A program made the position numbers and the translations under genes. A stretch of 64,000 nucleotides of DNA from Paraphysomonas bandaiensis (taxonomy: Eukaryota; Protista; Chrysophyceae): assembly GCA_965644295.1 (NCBI GenBank), contig CBFFRP010000378.1, positions 124,001-188,000 of the forward strand, read 5' to 3'. The first letter of the stretch is position 1. The number at the start of each line of letters is the position of its first letter. The notes beneath the pieces were generated by a model. That model did no database searches and had not been told where the DNA came from. It saw nothing but the letters and a program-made list of their open reading frames with translations. Shown here piece by piece: positions 57,485 to 64,000 of this stretch.

Positions 57485-57890
57485 ATGGTGTGTATGTATG
57501 GACTATGTGATGTAACTCTCTATGTATATATGCGGTGGATGTATGTAATGTATGTATGTATGTGTGTATGTGTAGTAGTTATATATATGCAGAGTGTGTA
57601 TGTATAGTATGTATGTATGTACGTACATATATGTATGTATGTGTGGGTTGTATACAACTGATGCAGTTGTGTATCGAACAAAAAGAAAGAAACTGGTGAA
57701 GGTGCTGCTGGTGATGTCCAGATATAAGGGAAGTATAATGGATTCAGGGAATACATGTATTCCACGGTATATAAAGTGTACCTCTAGATGGGTAGATAAT
57801 GTATATATAGGACATAATATGAGTGTGTATGTATGTATATGTGGACTGCATGTCTCTCTATACACATACATACATACATATTCATATATA
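57485..57890. repeat. TATG/ATAC-type low-complexity microsatellite region between the divergent RUVBL1 and helicase genes
   Basis: Imperfect (TATG)n and (TACA)n runs. Confidence 0.7.
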
Positions 57891-57998
57891 AGTCAGTCTC
57901 TACATGGAATTCTATAATAACAAGCATTACAACTCCATATCATATCTAGGTCACCAGTATCCATCAATACAATCATTTTTAATCAATCATATACAACA

Positions 57999-60900
57999 AT
58001 GAACACTACATTACATCATTATCAATCCTCTCAATTAGATAAAAGTATAGCAATCTCCCAATGCATTGAATGGGATCCTACCTTAACATTCGATCGATTT
58101 GATGATGTTAATCATTATAATGGATATCCATCACGTCAACAATTTTGGGAATATATGACTTCATGTATTATAAATTTTTCTTATAGAGATATACGTGAAA
58201 TTGTATTTACTGAAGATACACATACATATTTAAACAGTGTATTTGATAGTATAATGAAAGAATCGTATGATAGACATCCATATATATGGAATAAAGCGGC
58301 TGAATGTGTTAGATGTTTTATAATACATGCTGGTGATTATATATGGGAGGTAATACATTTTACTGTTCCTGATGTTGTGGATAGTGTCGTCGAAGTATAC
58401 AAATGTCTCATTGCTGCCGACGACATACATGTAGAAAATATTGTATGTGTGTACAAATTATTGAATAGTTGTTTACAATGGCCTGAGAAGTGGGAAAGTC
58501 AATGTTGGGCTGTATTTATTGATGCTCAAAAAAAGTTTCTCGAGCGATGCTGTAGTATCAACGAAAGTGTTCGAAATTCGCTCTACGAATCTGTGTGCAA
58601 GTTCATCGGCTCCACGTACGAGATATTGATCTCTTCTGGCATTACGCAAATCAAATCCGAAGAGCAATATGATACGTTTTCAAGTTTAATGGAATTACTC
58701 TACTCCTTGTGTACTGTAGTGAAAATGTCCCGGTATGAATCAATCGTGTTTGAGGTCTTACGTTGCACGAGCTGTTTCTCTTTTTTGCCACGACAGTTCT
58801 ACATAGGTTCTTCAGAGTACGAAAAAGTTGGAATATTATTTGACAGATATTTTAATGCATTTCAATTACTGCTGGAGCGTTTAGTATCTTGGCTTCGAAG
58901 AATAGAACCAGAGTACACGGTTTGCGAAAACCTGCTGAGTTTCCTTCCGGCCTATGCTGTGTGCTATCAGGATGGTGTAAAGAGGTCAACGATGGCTGTA
59001 CTTAAAGAGATTAAGCGTATAGCTATAAAGAAATCACCATCCAATTTTAATGAAGGATCATATGCGGCGGAAGACACCTTCGAAGAATTTTTGCAGTGTA
59101 TCAAATCTCTTCCCGTTTCATCACAGGTTCGGGTGGTGAATTCTGTCGAAGACTTGTTTGATGGAATTAAAAACTTACGCGTATTCTCTCATGGCCACAT
59201 TGCTCAGTGTGCATTGGAGCAGATTTGCAAGCTTTCTTCTTGCTGCGATGAAGCGGTCTCGCATAATTCCACCACGGATGTGCACATTCGTAACATGAAC
59301 TCTGCACGAATGGATGCTTGTTCCGCTATGCGAGAAGTTGAAAATCACCGTTCGTCATTGACGAGCGCAAATAGTCAACGAGGTGCCATGGATTTGACGT
59401 CACCACCATATGCTCCTTATCAGTCCGTGGGTAACCGTAGTAGTGCATCGGATTCTAATCAGTCATTGGCTTTTCGCCATACGTCTTCCGTACTGCACAA
59501 GGTCGAGCAAAGCCCTTCACTTGGTTCTGACAGCAAACCTTTGGAAACTAATTCGAAACCCGAGGGGAGGACTGGAACTTCGAAGAATTTAACATTGACG
59601 TTGACAGAGAATGGCTTGAGGCTGTCTAAGCCGAAAGTCATGACATTATCCCGCCAGGATGTGCTGCCGCCAAACGAAAGGAAAGAGCGCAAGAAAGACC
59701 ACTATGCCAGCGATGAGAAGGTGGTGCGCACGTATCGCGAAACGAGGAAAATGCGTCAGCCATTGAACAATTTCAGCGATTTGCAATATACTGCATTCGA
59801 TCCTGATGAATTTCAAACAGATGGCCCGAATGACTTCACTAGAGATCTGGATAAAGGCTATGAGAACTATGGTCAGGCTCCAAGCGATCCTAGTGCGAAT
59901 AAACCAAAATCTAAGAAAATTGATTTGAGTAAACTACTTGGAAGCACCAAACCAGATACGCCGACTGTACCGTATCCTTTGCGTATTCAGGAAACTGTTC
60001 CTGTATCAATGCAGCAGAATATTCGAAATGTTTCAATCGATTCTATGTTTGCAAAATTGCTTGATCTTCCTCTGAGAACTTACTGTGATAATAACTTTAG
60101 TAGCTCTGATCTTAAAAGAGTAATTAAGCGCTTCATCGATGAGGAGAGTTATATCAATATCTTCCAACCTTTACTGGAGGCGGAATTGGAAGCCACTTTA
60201 CAAGACTTTATATCTACGGACGGCGCTGCTGCACGGTCAGTATCAGGCGGTCAGGATAAGATCCGAATATTGGGTGGAGCAGACGTTTTGTCAGCTCGCA
60301 CAAACGTACCCAAGATAGATATTCGTTTTGTGGGGATATTTGATCGACCTTCTGTGTTGGCGCCTGATGGGCAGGACGTTTTTTTGCAAGAGGTGAAAGT
60401 TGCCATACTGCGTAGATCCAAGGAAGTAAACCTTGTTCGTGATGATCTTGTGATCCTACTTGACTCTAATAATGTCAAAGGTACGTATATTACACTTTCT
60501 TATATCTGGTGATAAGCTGTGCAGATTTTAATTCTATTAAGGCGATTCTTCACGAGACATATACACTGGGGATTGTTACCTCTCAAGGAAAGGACCAGAA
60601 TACACCCAACTTGGATAATACAGTTCGCACTCAACTGTCCATGGTGGTATTGCCTGGTAGAACTCCTCCTCAAGATGTGGATTGGGTATGCGTGCCTTTG
60701 ATTGGATTGTCAACTCATTTACGGGAATGGAGTGCTCTGCACTCTATTCGATCTCACGGACTGATGCCACTTACTCCCTATATCTTGCAGGCTGCTCCTG
60801 TTGTATCTGCGCATAAACTCAGGTGATCGATGTGTTGTCATACCGTGTATGTCTTTGACATAGAAATAGGATTGCGCTTAGCGAATTAACTGAACATATA

Positions 60901-63082
60901 AATTCCATAGCAACGGTACGCTTATCTCAAGGTGAAAGAGCCATAATGATGGCGCTCTCAAAGATGAAATCCTTTAACGTGGACTTCACTGTCCTCAAGA
61001 AAACTAACATCATAAAGACATTGAAGGGCCTCGAAAAAATGGATTACCTCAGTGACAGTATCAAAAAGGAGCTGAGAAGCGTACATAAGATGTGGAAGGA
61101 AAAGGTCTTTAGCTACACCGCGTTGTTGTTTATTTTGTGTTACGATTGAATTATAGTGCCAGATTAACAATGACAAGTACACAACTGGTAGTCTTCAGGG
61201 CGGAAATGTTGTAGAAATCCCCTCTGATATCAAAAATCGGCCCGCACAATTATCTTCGATGCAATGGGAAGTACTGAAGAGACTTCATAATAATTCTCAG
61301 CTGTGTGCGATAAAATATGTGGTGGGTTCCGCCGATGATACCCAAGACACAAGGGTCACACTTGTACAAGGCCCTCCAGGCACAGGTAATACTCCTTTTA
61401 ACAACTTAAACTTCCACGAGGCTTATTCTGCGTAATAGGGAAAACAATGACTGTCCTGGGCATGATAGCCGCGCTGCTACATATGAGGGGTTCAAGTGGT
61501 TCTACAGGGCAAACTTCTACAAGTTCTCGCAGGAATCGTTTGCTTGTGTGTGCCCCGTCCAATGCTGCTGTGGATGAGATTCTGACACGCCTCATTGACA
61601 AAGGGATTGCTGACAACAAAGGGAATATGATAACTCCCAAGATAGTTCGCCTGGGAAAGCCGCTGTTGGGAGCGCCTGCAGAGATTGAGAAACTAACTCT
61701 TGACAATCAAGTAGAAGCAATCGTTTCCAAAAGCCATGAATGGAAAAGCTTGTTGAAAGCGTCTGAGTCAATTATGCACCTACAAGAACAACTTGACAAA
61801 CTTGACTCCGGATTTTATGCAGGGGATAAATGCGATGCTAGGAAGAAGCTTCGTGAGAAACTGAAAGAATCCAAACGTATAAAAAATACTATTACGTTAC
61901 ATATTACGGAGGTGCGGACAAAGGCGCGGCAAAAGATACTAGAAGAGTCGGATATTGTAGCCTCAACATTGTCTAGCAGTGGGCAGTACGTGTTTGTAGA
62001 TCACATTAGTCAACATAACTTGTTATTTGAAACTGTCTTGGTTGATGAAGCTGCACAGGCCACTGAGCCGGCGACACTTATTCCCCTTCGTTACGGATGC
62101 AAGCGTCTTGTCCTTGTGGGTGATGCAAGACAGCTACCAGCATTTGTGTGCTCGAGGCAGGCGGAAGTGGCCGGGTTAGGGCAATCACTCTTTGAACGAC
62201 TTGAACGGTGCGGTCATGAGATTGTCATGCTAAAGGTAGGACCATGTTAATCGCCACCTCTAATGCTGCTGAATAACTTTTTATCAGGAGCAGTACCGTA
62301 TGCACCCAGAAATACGCCAGTTTCCGTCAGTTCAATTTTATGGTGGAGAGCTGACGGATGCTGAATGCATTGTGGAGGACATAAACAACTCGTGGAAACA
62401 CAACACAATTGATAGTAAGAGTGGCGTTGTCTGTGATGTGGTTAGACGAGGACCGTTAAATCCTGTTATGTTCTTCAATTTGGGTGGTTTGGAGGAAGCG
62501 CATAGAAAGTCTTACCTAAATCGGCATGAGGCGGATTTTGTGCTTGATTTTCTTACTCGTATGAGTGATCATTTCAAAGAATTCACAATAGCAGTTATAA
62601 CACCTTACAAGTCACAAGTGCGACTAATAAATGATAAAATAGCGCGTGCTGGTGTTAGACACCTGTCCGTTGAGGTGAACACTGTAGATGGGTTTCAAGG
62701 CCGGGAGAAGGATATCGTTCTTTTCTCCGCTGTTAGAACTCGCCGAGTAGGCTTTCTTTCGGATTACCGTCGTTTGAACGTCGCCATCACTCGTGCAAAA
62801 AAATGTCTGGTGATCGTGGGACATGAGCCCAATCTTCGGTCTGATACAATTTGGAGCAATATGATTGAAAATCTCCGAGAAAGGGGATACACTCATTGCG
62901 CGTCAGACGTTGATGTATTTAGCGAGTTCGTATTTAACACAGACACCGCCACAGACGATGCTTGTGAAGATGAAGATGAGGCTATGGAAGTCACTGTTAG
63001 GGAGGAGGAAGGAGAGATCACTTCAAGTACAGACCGTCATTCAGTACAGCAGAAAAAACGGAAACGCGATGTGAATGATTAG
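57999..63082 (+). CDS. Sen1/senataxin-like SF1 (Upf1-family) helicase, multi-exon
   Basis: Long helical N-terminus, LVQGPPGTG|KT, LLVCAPSNAAVDEI, VDEAAQ..E..LIPL, LVGDARQLP, SLFERL, QYRMHPEI, TVDGFQGREKD, RRLNVAITRAK. Confidence 0.9.
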
Positions 63083-63599
63083 TATCAGAGTCAGACAGGT
63101 TTCTTAAATATATTAGGTGTCGTCCCAACAATATGTGCGCATTTTGTGTACTACATGGACGACACAGTAGTAGTGTACTTGCATGCCACTGTCATAAATT
63201 CAATATAGTCCTATACATGTACTAATAGTTCCTTGCTATTTATCGCCAGTATTTATTCAGTATATAGCAATTAAGAACTATTAATTGAGCACCCGTTAAG
63301 ATCAAGAATATACAGAACTACAATGTATAAGAAGAAAATAAGAGAAGACTGAACTCGTATACCTGTCTAGACCACTCATCGGGTAATAAGTATTAGGTTG
63401 AATATACATCTCCATAGGCATGTGTGATGAGGTGTGATACTTTTAATTGGAAGTCTTATTATTTATAGCAATAGGCGTTAAAAATCTGCACCAATGTAGT
63501 GGCTAGTTGAATGCAGTAGGTGTGCTACTACTTAATTGTGATACGACGACTGATATATTGCTAGCAACTATTTATAGCCATTCCTTGAAATTATAATAC

Positions 63600-64000
63600 C
63601 AGGGCCTGATAACCATTAATGGCCCATTAATGGTAGTTCAGTTCCCGGCAATTATAATGGCCATTAATACTTACTAACTTAAAGTGGATAGCACCACTCA
63701 TATAATAGATAGTGTTGTGCTCCCTTAATTGCTAATTTTTAGTTAAATAGCAGACTACAAATTTTAACTACTTCTCGCTCTCTACTGGCACATCAGGATC
63801 TTTTTGCAGGGCTTTATGGAGGGTATAAACATCCCACAACATGTAATTGGCTCGTAGGAATAGCAACGATTCTAGACGATATGGATTCATGTTTCTACGC
63901 TCAGGTGTCATAATCAACTTTGCACGACTAAAGAGCCTCTCAACAACATTAGATTATGCTTCAATATGAAGCAAGCAGCGGTAGTTGGACTCATAGGTAC
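63600..64000 (-). mobile_element. hAT-family transposon end with degenerate transposase C-terminus (continues beyond the window)
   Basis: Terminus CAGGGCCTGATAACCATTAATGG. The minus strand reads SNVVERLFSRAKLIMTPERRNMNPYRLESLLFLRANYMLW, preceded by a stop codon. Confidence 0.8.

Noticed and set aside
57503-57917. Tyr/Ile/His-rich ORFs
   Set aside because: They are translations of microsatellite-like low-complexity sequence.

Overview
Gene-dense eukaryotic window with short GT-AG introns of about 50-60 nt. The gene and transposon families suggest a stramenopile, possibly a chrysophyte or other ochrophyte (inference). (1) 1-13.0 kb is one intron-less minus-strand ORF of more than 4,330 aa that the ORF track misses. 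It encodes a secreted giant repeat protein with PS/PT linkers and six glycine-rich cassettes. (2) 13.5-36.4 kb holds housekeeping and accessory genes: an IQ/UBA-like protein, two inverted GT47/exostosin paralogs flanking a subtilisin, a PhyH dioxygenase, a DUF402-like protein, a TBC-TLDc protein, a DGQHR protein, an aldo-keto reductase and RPL34. (3) 36.6-52.6 kb is a nested mobile-element island. A hAT remnant holds an internally deleted Gypsy copy. Next to it is a 13-kb unit bounded by ~500-bp TG...CA direct repeats with a GTTAT flanking duplication. This unit has no RT or integrase of its own but carries an A20-like zinc-finger ORF and a Crypton-type tyrosine recombinase gene. The recombinase gene is split by an intact chromodomain Gypsy element, and the right repeat holds a Harbinger-like element with a MULE-like MITE inside it. 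(4) 53-64 kb contains ATP synthase OSCP, a GLYR/3HIBDH reductase, RUVBL1, a Sen1/senataxin-like helicase and a terminal hAT remnant. All calls come from reading the sequence by eye; no database searches were run.
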